Made by a program: the position numbers and the translations under genes. Below the pieces are notes generated by a model. The model did no database searches and had not been told where the DNA came from. It was given only the letters and a program-made list of their open reading frames with translations. Source: Camelus ferus (taxonomy: Eukaryota). From it: a DNA stretch of 64,000 bases. Positions 1 through 12,923 of this stretch are shown here, in pieces. The stretch is taken from NCBI RefSeq assembly GCF_009834535.1, contig NC_045696.1, forward strand, positions 53,942,001 through 54,006,000, read 5' to 3'. The stretch's first letter is position 1, and every line of letters begins with the position of its first letter.

Positions 1-1654
1 ATCGATCTGTCAGCCACAGGACTGATCCGAATCATGAATGAATATGCACTGTGTGCTTAGTGCTGAGATAGGCACTCACGTGGAACAGACACAGCTACAC
101 GGCATTCTGAAGCCTTCGCCTTAGACTAGGAAAGCGTTAGCAGCACTGGGTGAAAGGGCAGAGGAAAGGCTGACAAACTACACACTCTCTGCAGGGGCTT
201 TGGGGTCTTGCCCAGCATTAAACTCACTAACCTCATTTTTTGTCAAACAGCAAGAATATTATGTCTACTCAACCTTCTAATACATTTTCAGAGAGAAACC
301 ACTGCTGCCTTGAATCTAGGCTTCCCCAATGAAGAAAACACGACTCCATATGGAGTTAGGAAATGAAAGGATAGGTATTATGTAGACACAAGATGGAACA
401 GGTTGTCACATGGCTTTGAAGCATTATATCCAGTTACTCAGCCTTGCTAAAAATCTCCTAGAAACTCCGGCTGTACCAAGGTCAGTCACTACTGGGAGAC
501 TTGTTTTGTGCCGTTGGCTGTTGTAGTCTATTTTGTTCAGATTTTTCCTTTATCTTTTTTTTTCCTTGGCATCCTATAGGCCTGATTGTGACAACATACC
601 TTATTACAACTTTCTACTGAAGTTTCTTTTCTAAAGATGCTGATGAATTGATCCTCATTTGATAAATATGTCGTGGACCAGAGAGATAAGCAGTAGCTCT
701 AAGCAGGCTACTGTTTTCAGTGCTGTCCTTCATCGTGGTCCCTGGAACACAGATCCACCAACAGGCAAGGGAAGAGTCCCATTTTTTTTTTCCATTAATT
801 CTCAGCTTTGTGGCCATTTTAATAATCTCCCTTTGCTAGAGGTTAGACCCACGGATAGGTGAGCACATTTCAGAATATAAGGCATTTTTAGATTGATGAG
901 AAGGACCTAGGATGTCCTACCACACTGGCTGTGAAATGGTTAAATAGCAACACCTCCCATATTACTGAAAAGTGGATCTGTAATATTACTCTCTTCATCT
1001 CAGACTTCATCAAAGCAGTTTCTTTTCACCAAAGAGAATGGAGTGAGAGCCTTCCTTTGGCCAATATTAACCTAAGTCAAGGAAAGAGCATTAGGGCCAA
1101 CCAAACAGAAGCATAAAGGCATCCCTGGTGTGAAAATAAAGCACTGTGTATCATTTTACCCTGCAGGTTTACAGCCCAGAGTTTAAATCTTGGTTCCACT
1201 ACTTCCCATTTCCATGGAAAAACTACTTACTCTCTGTAAATTCCATTTTCCTTATTTTAAAAACTGGACGAAACAACTCACTCTGAGAATTGTTGTGAAG
1301 ACCGAACAAGAAAATTATGTAAAATTCAGCAAGGTAGGTGATAGTAACTGTCAATGAATGCAACCCTTCCCCCTACTTTTGTTGCATTTGAGAGTGATGA
1401 AAACCTGTAATTTGGTAGACTTTTGCATATGAAAAGACAAAGGACATCTACGAATAACAGAGATCCTGAATGTTACTCATAATAAAACACGGGTAAGAAC
1501 TCAGTGAGACACAAAGAAGATCAGAAGAAGTGAGATGATACAAAGTGAGGACAAGTGGGTTATCTGGTTAAGGATTATCACTAGGATTACGGGAAGGAGG
1601 AAATAGGGATTGGTATTTTCCCCAGCATAGGAGTTTGTGTGGTAATACTGCATA

Positions 1655-1890
1655 ACAGTTAAGAGCATAGGGTGGGGAGCTGGACTGCCGGGTTTTGAAT
1701 CCAAGGTCTACCATGTATCAGCTATGTGATCTTGAACGAGTTGTTTTCTTTTTCTGTGCCCAACTGTAAAATGGAAATAACATTAATGGAAACTCACAGT
1801 GTGGTTTTGAGGATTACATGAGGTAATTATACGCAAAGTGCTTAGATGAGTGCCTGGGACGTGGTAAATACCACTCAACAGGGTTAGCGT
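1655..1890 (+). mobile_element. MIR SINE (ancient mammalian)
   Basis: MIR core-like text: ttttgaatccaaggtctaccatgtatcagctatgtgatcttgaacgag...ctgtaaaatggaaataac...gaggattacatgag...aaagtgcttagatgagtgcctgggac. Confidence 0.8.
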
Positions 1891-2114
1891 GTGTGTGCGC
1901 CCACATGCGTGCACTGAAGTTGATATCATAAATTACTTATTTTTGTCATTTCAGAGTAAGGATCAGTCATATTTGAATAAATCAATTTGCCTTTTCCATA
2001 CAGCCCATGGGCTCTTGCAGATAATTTTAAACATAGGGGTCTTGGCTTGGGAAAAATCATACCTGACTAATTCAGAAGATATGATGTCCAGAACTGAGAA
2101 AACTACATCATCCC

Positions 2115-2442
2115 TTAAAGTGGTGTTTCTGAGTATAGACCTTATGCCACTTGCATTAGAATCACCTGGGATACTTGTTTAAAATGAAGATCCCCAGATC
2201 CTATTCCTAGGGTGACTATATACTTGATTGTTCAAACCTGGACATTTTTGAGAATGAAAGGGATTGCTATAAATAATCATGCTGGGCTAACAAACCTAAA
2301 CTGTACTGTTCTGGGCAAAACAGAACATGGGGTGAGCCTATGCATTCCAGATCTATGGCACTTTTGAGACTGAGCCTGAGAAAGTTGCATTTCCATGAAG
2401 TTTCAATGATGATTCTTTTGCAGTGTATTGAGAAAGGCAGTC
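2115..2442. mobile_element. MER5A-like hAT-Charlie DNA transposon, interrupted by MER94-like element
   Basis: gcattagaatcacctgggatacttgtttaaaatgaagatccccag on the left and ttgcattt...gatgattct...tgagaa on the right resemble MER5A. Confidence 0.65.
2208..2340. mobile_element. MER94-like hAT-Blackjack non-autonomous DNA transposon (133 bp)
   Basis: Termini TAGGGTGAC...GTGAGCCTA (degenerate TIRs); internal caaacctggacatttttgagaatgaaaggg; degenerate 8-bp flanks cctattcc/tgcattcc. Confidence 0.75.
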
Positions 2443-2929
2443 TTAAATTGTGTTGTTTTAACAAAACTTAGTTAATTGAGGGACTCTGTGAATTTTATAT
2501 CATACCCATTTCCTGAGGATATTTCTCTGGGATGGGGAAGAAAGCAAAAGTGAAAGAAAGGGACCATTTATTGATTATCTACATTAACTAAAGCTTTCCC
2601 TCCCCTTGGCATGACACTGACTGCCATAGTCTATAAAATAGGTTTACAGATCTTTGTCCGCTCTTGAATTTGAGCGAACCCCATGTGATTATGGTAAGCC
2701 ACATTCTTCTAGTTATGAAACCAGCACTTTACCACTACAAACTACTTAAGAGACTGACCCTAAGAAGAAAGGATGCAGTGACTAGCTAACTATCCTCAAG
2801 AACAGGACAACAAAAATAATCATTCGGCATTAACCCATCATGCTCTCATCCCTGCTTACAGCACCTACCAGCAGAAGTATAAACCTCCAGTTATTCATCA
2901 GCCCATGGACTCAATCTCATGGAACTCTG

Positions 2930-5900
2930 TGAAACCCATAATCTGACCTAAACTGCTGCCCCTTTTTAGCTCTCCTGCAAAACACTTCAGTTGCCTACTG
3001 GAATAGTCAGTTTCTCATCAGTGAATTCCCCTTTGTCCTCGACTTCTTATCTGGCCATATTCTTCTTGTACTTGCCCTAACTTAAATGTAAATATTCCTC
3101 AAGATCAAAGATGCCCCTGTAGCCATCTTAGGAGAGAGCTCTCCCATGGCTTATCCTCACCCCTGAAAACATGTCCTGGAGGCGGGGTAGGCTTCCTTCA
3201 TACTCTTCATTGCCACACCAGACCAAGCTCTTTCCTCCCCCCTCAGTAACTCCAGAGCCTTTGAAGTGTGTCACCATATCACACTATCTACTGATCAACT
3301 GGTCTTTCTTTCTTTCATTAAAAATATTTAAAACTTGCTGTCTTTGAATAGACTTGAATTGAATTACTGTTCTGTTCACCGTAAAGGTAGATAATCCAAC
3401 ACCCTGGGCTATCAATCTCTTGTCCTTTTCACTTCCAGTGATGTTTTCCCTAACTTCAGCCAACCATTCCCATGGTGTTCCCTCCACTTATTATAATCAA
3501 CTCCAAAATCTTGATTTTAATCAATCTGGTCTCTGTTTCCATTTCCTAGTCTTTAAAGTCACTCATTCCAGTTCCCCAGCTGCTCTAATTGTTTGGCCAC
3601 AGTGAAACTGCCAATCCATTAATCACCATTTCACTTTCTCTCTTCCTCCTCATCCTATTTTCATTTCCTTTTTTTTTTTTATACCGAGCTTAAACACCAT
3701 GACTCATCACTACAAGCAATTCCTTGCAAATAACATCAACTTAAACTTAGGTTTTCTCCAACATGTCAAAACTCTAGTTGGTAAAATCCAGCCTTCACCT
3801 TATCCCACTACTGTTTGTGAGCAGTTTAGAGAAAAACACCAAACTCTGATGACTGGACCAACTCTAATTTGTGATTACATGCTTAAAGTGGAACTTCAAC
3901 CCTGCCGGTAACTCTACATTATTTTCTAATCAGTTTACTCTTTTATTTTTTAAGAGGAATATTTCACATCTTTTCCTCCTGAAATGCCCAGTAAGACCTA
4001 ATCCTACTTTATTATCAACTGATGTCCTCAATAATTAATTGAGAAAATAGATCCTCACTTGTCCTCAATCACATTTACTAACCTGCCTGCCCTGGGGTCT
4101 ATATACCTGCCTTTCCTCCTGTTAAAACTGATGAACTGCTGCCACTCTGTCCGAGACCAACCCCTGCACTTGTATGCGGGAGGCCATTTCCTTTCACCTA
4201 CTAATGGATTTTCTTTTGCACTTGTCCTCTTTCTGGCCTACATCAACTTTCTCCTCTATAGCAGATCATTTTTATCAGCATATTTACATGGAATAGTACC
4301 TTGATATTAAAGTAAAATTCCTCCTTGGCACTATATCCCCTTCTAGCTTCTGCCCCATTTCTGTTCTTCTGATCAACAAATCAGCTCTAAGACTTACTTA
4401 TATTTGCTGCCTAAATTCAACATCTTCCATTCTCTGTTCAACCTGTTCCAGTCAAGGCTTTGTCCTGATCATTTCAGGGAAACCACTCTTGTCAATGAAG
4501 TTCACCTTGTTAAATCCATTGGTCGATTGATTATGTGTGCCTATCTCGTGCCACCTCTCAGCAGCATTTGGCACAACAGAAATACTATTTTCACTTTGCT
4601 CCCATGATGCAGATTCCCCTAGTTTCCTTTCTATTTCAGTGTCAACTTCTTCTCGGTCTTCTTTGCTAGATTCTCTTCTTGACCTCTGAATTTTGTAATG
4701 GTCCAAAACTCAAACCTCATCTCTATTTATATCTTCCCTAGCTAACTTTGTCTAGACTCATGGTTTTAAATATCAACAATGTACATACTGATTTATGCAT
4801 GCATTTTACTGATAAAACTATAATGATATCTGGGGTTTGTTTCAAAATAATACGAAAGAGAAGAAAGTAGTGGGGATATGGATGAAATAAGATTGGCCAC
4901 GAGTTGATAATTAGGAAAGCTAAGTAATGGGAATTCTGAACTCATTATATATTCTGTATTACATTTTTGAGATTTCTTTCCATAATAATATTTTTAAAAT
5001 GCCATCCCAAAATTTCTCCTCTAGCCCCTAAACCTTTTGAGTTCCAGATATATGTATTTAATTTCTTATTCCACGTCTCTCCTTGGATTTCTAAAAGTTA
5101 TAAAAATTAACATATCCAAAATAGAACCCTTAATGTTCCTTTGTTTCAAATGTATTCCTTCCCTGTGTCCCCAATCTTAACAGTGGAATTACTATAGTAC
5201 ATTGGCTAAGGCCCAAACTTACAAATCTTTATTAATTCATTTATTCTCTCACAAACTACAGTCTATCCATCAGCAAGCCTTGGTGGTTGACCTCTCAAAA
5301 TATGTGGAATTTGTATCCCTTCTTGCCATCTCCAGAGCTAGGGCTCACCCAAGCTGCTACCACTTTTCCCTTAAACTACTTTAGGAGCCCCACTAACTCG
5401 TCTTGTCTTGTCCATTCTTGCCCCCTATCCTCCTATGGTATTTTAAGTCAGTGTACATCACTCCCTTGGTTAGAATCTACACCATGGACAAGACCCTGTG
5501 TGGTCTGCCGTCTGCTGACCTCTCCAAACTCACTTGCTGGAAATGTTCCTCTCATTTATCCATTCCTGCTAAAATGGCTTTCTGTCGTCCTCAAATACGT
5601 CAGGCTCACCCTCACCTAAGACAACTGCACATGCTGCTTCTCCTGCCTAGAATGTTCTTCTCCCAGACATTTACATGGCTCACTCCTCTGGCTGGGTGTC
5701 AGCTCATTAAGAGGCCTTCCCTGACAAGCCTTTCACCTGTCAGAATCTTTTCTCCTGCTTTATTTTTCTTTCTAGCACCTATTACTTAAAATGTATGTCC
5801 TATCTATATTATTTTACTTGTTAATTTTCTGTTTTAATTTACTTGTTAATTCCCCTACTACAATGAAAGCTCAACAAGGGCCATCTTTCACTACTATACC

Positions 5901-5960
5901 TCCAGGGCCTCATGTCTGACAGATAGTGGACGCAGGTGTGTAGATGATATAAATGAATGC
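2930..5960 (+). mobile_element. Long L2 (LINE2) relic covering ORF2 endonuclease, RT and the 3' end
   Basis: EN motif GGGVGFL at 3178-3198; RT-like FQSRLCPDHFRETTLV in ORF 4404-4607 (cf. QSGFxPxHSTETAL); HLSAAFGT at 4552-4575 (cf. DLSAAFDT); L2-type 3' tail ending aaatgaatg near 5955; many stops and frameshifts. Confidence 0.85.
4780..4998 (+). mobile_element. Old L1 (L1MC/MD-type) 3' UTR fragment nested in L2
   Basis: gatatctggggtttgtttcaaaataatac...gatgaaataagattggccacgagttgataatt matches old L1 3' ends. Confidence 0.65.
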
Positions 5961-7364
5961 TAGACTCTGCTATGTGTTTTCACGTAAAACTGACATGTAT
6001 GTGCATGTGAGGGTAGGAACCCACTCCTGTGAACGCAGGCTTTCTCTGAACCTTCCCTGCTGTAGTTTTAAGCTTGTTTAATTCAACAGGCACTAAGCAC
6101 TTCCACAAGGGTAGCCTAGTGCCCCAGTGAGGCAGTTGGTCAGTGAGAGCTGTGAGTCCTCCAGAAGTGATCAGCCTTGGCTTAATAGTCTGCTGCTGTT
6201 TCCCTGACTGTCCCCTTTACCTATAAACCATCCAATCTCTTAATTCCTAAATTACAAAACACGCAAATTGCCTCAGGGGAGACCAAGTAACCAAGAGACT
6301 ACTTTCTAAGTAATTCAGCATTAATGAACTTTCTACTTTAAGTGGTATTTCAAGAACAGGAATCTCTATTCCTCCAACTAAGCTCTTTCTATAAATGAAC
6401 TGCAACCCCAGGCAATGTGTAGACACTGGATTTAATCAATCCTCAGTCAGAGTTCTCTTTTCAGCCAAGGGTATAGTGAAGTTCAGTTGCAATTTGACTC
6501 TACCAAACAGTTTGTGAATTTCTGTTACATCACTCTGAGCTTATTTTGCCCCCGTCTTCCTGGTTATAAAAGTGGAAATTTATTTCTAACTTTCTTCCTA
6601 ATAGGTGGCTTTTACCCTCGCTCATGAGGTCACTATGATACACGTTTAGGCCAAGAGGAAATTCTTAGGACAATATGAGCGCCTCATGCACTTGAAATAG
6701 TACACCCACTTGCAGTGAACTTCAGGAAGATGTGTTCTCCATGTGTGCTTACAAATACTTTCATTGAGGTTCTTAGTTGCTGCCCCCTGGCTCCTGGCTT
6801 GAGTGTCATTCATCCAGGAAAGAACTGGAACACAAGAAGATATGCTTCTATTTCCACAACAGAACAAGAGGAAAAAAGTTCAAAAGCTAATGTCCTATTG
6901 CAGTGTCAGAATCCAATGAATTTATCTGCACATCTTTTTTTCCTCTCTTTTTTTTCACCTGCCTGAATTGTACCTGTGCTTATGTGATACACCAATGAAG
7001 TAGTTTATAGAGCCCAACCATCTGTGCCTTTTCCTTCCTCAGATGCATAAAACCATAATCCATGTACATAAATTCATAATCCATGTGCACTGCTTATAAC
7101 TCTATTAAGACAGTGAATTTTCCAGTGCAATTAAACTATGAGCTAAAGAGATGATTGCAATTTCAGGCTGTATCATAAATACTTGGGCCCTTACAGCTAT
7201 ACACCTGGTGAGAAATTAGGGCTGATTTGTATTTTGAAACATCTTCAAGTAAAACTAAAGGAATAGCATAAAGCCACAAACTCTTTTCCCCTAGTTACGC
7301 CAACTCTCACTATCCAAAATCAGGATATAAAAGAGTTTGATATATATATATACAACATTCTTTG

Positions 7365-8112
7365 CTCTCTGTATATATTCCTTTTCATATTCTTTTTCCT
7401 TATAGGTTATCACAAGGTGTTGAATATAGTCCCCTGTGCTATACAATAGGACCTTGTTGTTTATCTATTTGATATATAGTAGTTAGTATCTGCAAATCCC
7501 AAACCCCCAATTTATCCACAATTTATCCCCCATCCCCGCCTGGTAGCCATAAGCTTGTTTTCCGTCTGTGAGTCTGTTTTGAAAATAAGTTCATTTGTGT
7601 CATTTTTTTCCTTTTTATAGTCCACATATGAGTGATATCATATGGTATTTTTCTTTCTCCTTCTGGCTTCAGTTTGTTTAACAATATCCAAGTCCATCCA
7701 TGTTGCTGCAAATGGCATTGTTTCATTCTTTTTTATGGATGAGTAGTATTCCATCATATAAATATACCACAACTTCTTTATCCAGTCATCTATCGATGGA
7801 CATTTAGGTAGCTATGTCTTGGCTATTGTAAATAGTGCTGTTATGAACACTGGGGTGCATGCATCTTTTGATTTAGAGTTCCCCTGGATATATGCCCAGG
7901 TGTGGGATTGCTAGATCATACAGTAAATCTATTTTTTAGTTTTTTAAGGAATTTCCATACTGTTTTTCATAATGGCTGCACCAAACTACATTCCCACCAA
8001 CAGTGTAGGAGGGTTCCCCTTTCTCTACACCCTGCTCAGCATTTATGATTTGTGGGCCTTTTAATAACAGCTCTTCTGATTGGTGTGAGGTGATACGTGA
8101 TTATAGTTTTGC
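7365..8112 (-). mobile_element. Cetartiodactyl-type L1 3' end (ORF2 C-terminus + 3' UTR)
   Basis: tgaatatagtcccctgtgctataca...gtccatccatgttgctgcaaatggcatt...cattcccaccaacagtgtaggagggttccc; minus-strand ORF 7523-7726 (KQCHLQQHGW) is typical of L1 ORF2-end sequence. Confidence 0.9.
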
Positions 8113-8589
8113 AAATCTAGGAACTGAATAGATTTGGTTAGTGAAAGATACCTGCACTTTGAGACCATGGCTTTGTCACCTTTTAAAATGAGTTTACACC
8201 ATAGGAGTAATGTAGTTAAGAACTATTCTTGTTTTTAGAATTTGTAGCAGGTACTGAATGCCAAGTTCTACAGAGACGTAGCCAAGTCCCTTAGGGTATT
8301 GCTGACCGTAATGATTAAGTTGCTCTGTGCATTTATAACCAAGACCTCTTGGTAAATTTGTTAAGATCATCACACACAGACAGCCCTGATCATTCAATCA
8401 CCGGAAATCACTGTGAAAGATACTGTGGAACATACTGTTTCCATTCCCGAGGGCTGTATTTGAAGCCCTGTGAAAGTCTTCTTATTGATTAGGTCAGTTT
8501 AATAAAACCTAGATTTCAAAACAGAAAAGAATGCTGAGTTGTATAGTTCAGCAGCAATTTAAACAGCTCAAATGGTTGTAAGAAACTTC

Positions 8590-9470
8590 TGAAATTTCTC
8601 TATATTGCTGTGGTGTGTTCTTCCTTATTGTGGAGTGGTTTTCCATTGTAGGAATATAGCAAATTTTGTTTACCCATTCCCTCACTTACAGGTATTCAGG
8701 TTTTTCCAATTTAGAGCTGTTATGAATAAAAGCTGCTATGAAGATTCTTGATCAAAATTAATATATTTTCATTTCTTTGGAATGGGACTGCTGGGTCACA
8801 GGGTATATAAATGTTTAATTTTATAAGAATCTGCAAAAAGTCTTCTTAAATAATGGTACTGTTCAACACTCCCACCAGCAGCAACTAAGAGTTCCAATTT
8901 CTCCCCATTTTTAATGTTTAACTTTTTTTTCCCATTCCAGTCAGTGTGAAATATCATCTTGTGAATTTAATTTTAATTTTCCTGATAATTAATGATGATG
9001 ATGGGTTTCTTATGAACATATTATATCCATATCTTTCTTTGTGAAGTGCTGTTCAAGTCTTTTCCCATTCATTTTATTTGATTCTTTACCTTATATTATT
9101 CTATTATAGAAATTCTTTAAATATGTTGGATATTACTCCCTTGTCAGATACATGCTTGAAAAAACTTCCTCCCAGTATGTGGCCTATTGAGCTGCTTAAT
9201 GGTGTCATTTGATGAGCAAAAGTTTTAAATTCTGATGAAATCCAAATTATCCGCTTTCTTTAGGGTTGAGCTTTCTCCATCCTATGGCAGAAAACTTTGA
9301 GTATCCCAAGATCTCATGGTATCCTCCGGTGGGTTTTTTTGAGAAGCTTTATGGTTTTGGTCTTTATGTTTACGTCTAAAATCCTTCTTGAATTAATTTT
9401 TATACATAGTGTGAGGTGGGGGTTGCATTTCACTTTTTTCACATATAGATATCCAGTTGTTCCAGGATCA
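8590..9470 (-). mobile_element. Old L1 (L1M-type) ORF2 3' fragment
   Basis: gctgctatgaagattctt...gggactgctgggtcacaggg...ctcccaccagcag...tttgatgagcaaaagttttaaattctgatgaaatccaaattatc. Confidence 0.8.
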
Positions 9471-11059
9471 TTTCCTTTTCTAATTGATGACTATAGTTTT
9501 TAACTGTAAAATTAATTAACCCCCACTGCTTTTAACAACATAAGAAATGCCACTCTAAATGAAATTGTCCTAGCCAGATAATACTCCCTATCTGATGGAT
9601 ACACCAAGCATTGAGGAAGCAATTACTCATCCTTTGAAGTATTTGCTTCAGCAGGTTAGGGTTTAGCTTGAATATCCCTAACTTCTTTCAGCGCGTCCAT
9701 GAAAAAACAGACACACCGCTAGGGTCTTGCTCACGGATGCAGGTAGTGCCTGGCACAGGAACACTTGGCCAAGGGAGGGCAGTGGGAGATGAAATTTCCT
9801 CTGTGCTCCTACCTGCCAAGCTGCTCACCCTTGGGAACACAGGTAGGAAGAGAGTTACAATCACAACATGAAAATGCCCACTTCGTCCACACACAGGAGG
9901 CACTCTCTGTAATTCATTCAGAGGAAATACTTTAAGGTTTCGCAAGGGGTGATGCCTTTTCTAATTTGTATTATGTGCCTTTATGTTAGCAGAGGCTCTG
10001 CACTGCTTCTCTAACCAGGCCTGAGCCAGCAGCACTCAGTCACTGCTTCTTTTAATAGTAACACGTTTCTAATTTAAAACTGTGGAGACACAGTAGGATC
10101 CCTGACTCTGTTTCATCTTTCAAGTTTTGATTATTTTTTTTTATATGTGCTTATTTGTTGCCTTGTCACCTTCCTTCATAAAATAGACATGACATTCAGG
10201 ACAGCCTTCTCCCTAACTAGTAGCTCAGAGAATTCCATCTAACTGCAAAATCTATCTCAAATGTTAAAATGGTGTTATACACGTTAATCTGAAAAATAAT
10301 TGTGTAGAAGGGCACCTAAGGACATTCTACTAAGCTTTTAGAAGATACACTTCTTTCCTTTCACCTCCCGATCTTCCCTGTTTCCAGGGTACCCCTTTTG
10401 ACATCCTCTCCAGGCTCTTAACCATCAGAATGCACAAACGGATACAGAATTTGACACGCGGATTGCCACAATAATTACCAGATTTTAGAGGTTCTGCTTA
10501 AATGTCTGTTTCTATAAGGGATTCCAGTAAGCTTTCCATTGTCATATCTCATTTCAGAATTGAATAGAGTTTCCAAGAAATCTAAAGACTCGCCCAAACT
10601 GAGCTAGCAATTTAGAAACAGAGCTGCGTCTAGAACCTCTGTGTCTCCAAGCTAGTCTGGAAAACAACCAGGTTTATTCTTTCCCCACAACCCCAAACTC
10701 CTCTCATGTTCAACAGAAACTCTTGTTCCTCTTCCCTTTAACCTAAACCAAAGAGCATATATGAACTGGACAGAAACAAGAGAGACTGGGAAAATGGGAG
10801 TGTATTTGAGCAAAGAAGAGAAGGGGGGAGTATTCACCTAAGTGAATGGGAGGAAAAGTCGACAAGGAAAATACAGCGCTATTGTTGGGTAGTACTGAAA
10901 GCCTGTTTGAAATCTGTGTTATTATAATTCAGGTAGGGTTAGCTAGTATAGCGGTGTGATATTTTCCAAGCCAAATTCAGTTGTTTAAATGGATATGCAA
11001 AAAGACTGGTATTTTGTATTTAATTAGGTTTGGAGTTTTGTTCCACAAGTAAGAAAGTG

Positions 11060-11900
11060 GGAGAGAGAGGCCGGGGGGGTTAGCACGGATGAAAGGGAAT
11101 GATTATAATGAAAAATAAAGTCATCGTGTAAGAAGCCAAGTGAAGACATGAGAAAAATGTTCGGTGAAAAACAGCTGGTCCTGATGGGGCCAGTGAATGG
11201 CTGGAGTGCACATATGAGTGTGAAATATAAGAGAGAGAGATTACTGAAGTAGTTATGTTAGTGGTTAAGGTATTGGAAGGTTTATATTTCACATAGCAGC
11301 AGAGGTAGAACAAAAAAGCGTGAGCCAATTAGTAGAATTTGGAGAATGAGAAGCTGCTACATGATTGAAATCCAGTGGCAAAGATGATGCAGTCTGATGG
11401 GGAACTGCAGAGGAGCTAAGGGTTTTGAAAGAGGAGGGAAGAAAAGTGGTCTAAAGAGGCAGTGAGTAATTTTCTTACGAAATTCATATTTATTTGCCCT
11501 ATATACAGTTTGGCGGCGAGGGGGTCACATACACTGGGACTAGGTTACAACTTTGCATTCCTACAATAAAATATCGTGGCTGGCAAAAACTAAATAAATA
11601 AAAAAGGCAGTGAGGAGCAAGTACCCCAATTCAACATCAAGGACCTGTTTTCCATTGCAGCGCTACAGAGAGCAAGGCAGTCATTAGGGAAGACAGGTAT
11701 GGCTGTATCTGGATCCTCAAGTAATGGTCAGGTTTCCATTAAAGTAAAGAGGGAGAAGACGAGTTCAGTGATATAGGGTATTTTAATGATGACAGATTGA
11801 AAGCTCTAGGGGCATGACAGGACCGTGGAGGAGGGAGGGCTAAATCAAGTCAGATTAAGGGATGGGCAGATCCACATGGGGAGATGGATGAGTGGACAGC
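11060..11900 (-). mobile_element. L2 endonuclease-region fragment, interrupted at 11467-11600
   Basis: Purine-rich; reverse complement ctcactgcctctttagaccacttttcttccctcctc...atcagactgcatcatc resembles the L2 EN region. Confidence 0.6.
11467..11600 (+). pseudogene. Short polyadenylated retroposed insertion of unknown origin (possible mRNA 3'-UTR retrocopy or orphan transduction)
   Basis: 14-bp TSD aaagaggcagtgag (11453-11466) / aaaaaggcagtgag (11601-11614); AATAAA at 11565-11570; A-rich tail from 11585. Confidence 0.65.
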
Positions 11901-12788
11901 AGAAATTTTCAGGGCATGATGTTGTCAGTTCTGTTGGTCTTTCGCGGAAAAGTGAGCATACAAAGACACACACACACACACACACGTAATAAGTGTAAGG
12001 TACAATCAAAATAAACCACTTCCTGTTTCATAAGTGGGAGGTAATTTATATCTTTCCAAAATGTATCAATATGCTTGTTTTTGAGTCTCTTATAATTTAT
12101 TTTCATCTTAGAAAAGGATATGATAGTGAAAAAGGAGATGGTTGGAATACAGTCATTGTGCAACTAATTTCAGAAAACCAGATACAGCTTCAAGAAGAGA
12201 GCTGTATGAATTGTTTAAGCTTTTTCCCCAAATGTTGTGATATGTCTTTCCTCAGTACAGTCACATGCGTGAGAAGGAAAGAAAAGATGAACACAGCAAC
12301 AGCAAAACCGGAAAAGTGCATTTTCCAGAGAAGAAAGCATCAAGGAAACACAAAGTGCTTTGCATTTCCTCTAGGGATTCCTGTTATATAATTTCCATTT
12401 TAAATGAAGCAAAAATGCTTCCAATAACCAGAGAAACACTTAAAAATTAAGAAACACTTGTTCTAGTTAATGTGTCTGAATAGTACTAAGAAAAAAGTCT
12501 CCCCCAGGAGGTCATTATTATTCAAAAATTACTCTAATTAGGTCATGAATACATTAGGCCTTATTCAGTGCCAACAAGAGGAAAAATAGAATTGGAGATG
12601 TGACACACATAACACTCCTAACGTGTTAGGGCGATTTTATTCCAAAATGCCATTAAAAGATGAAAAGGTCACCCTGTAGGGAAGTAATTGGTACAGCACT
12701 CTTGTAACTGATTAAAGGGGCTTTTATTTAGGCATATCTTTTTTTTTTTCTTTCTTTGAAAAGGGGTCTTTCTAGCTATAAAGAAAAA

Positions 12789-12803
12789 TGTGTATGTGTT
12801 TAT

Positions 12804-12836
<33 letters not shown>

Positions 12837-12923
12837 TACACATATACATATACATACACACACATATACATATACATATATGTGTGTATATGTATATATA
12901 TATTTGTGTGTGTATGTATATAT
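12789..12923. repeat. Compound (CA)n/(TACA)/(TATG) microsatellite
   Basis: (CA)13 at 12805-12830 followed by alternating purine-pyrimidine repeats. Confidence 0.95.

Noticed and set aside
5202..5789. Cluster of ORFs up to 128 aa
   Set aside because: Lies inside the L2 3' region; pyrimidine-rich, stop-poor repeat sequence.
6605..6649. Peptide VAFTLAHEVTMIHV after an AG acceptor, reminiscent of ADAMTS AFTIAHELGH
   Set aside because: No HExxHxxGxxH motif, an in-frame stop follows, the donor is poor and there are no other metalloprotease exons; judged coincidental.
12071..12391. 106-aa ORF with an internal acceptor-like site
   Set aside because: No recognisable domain and no good donor; length within chance expectation.
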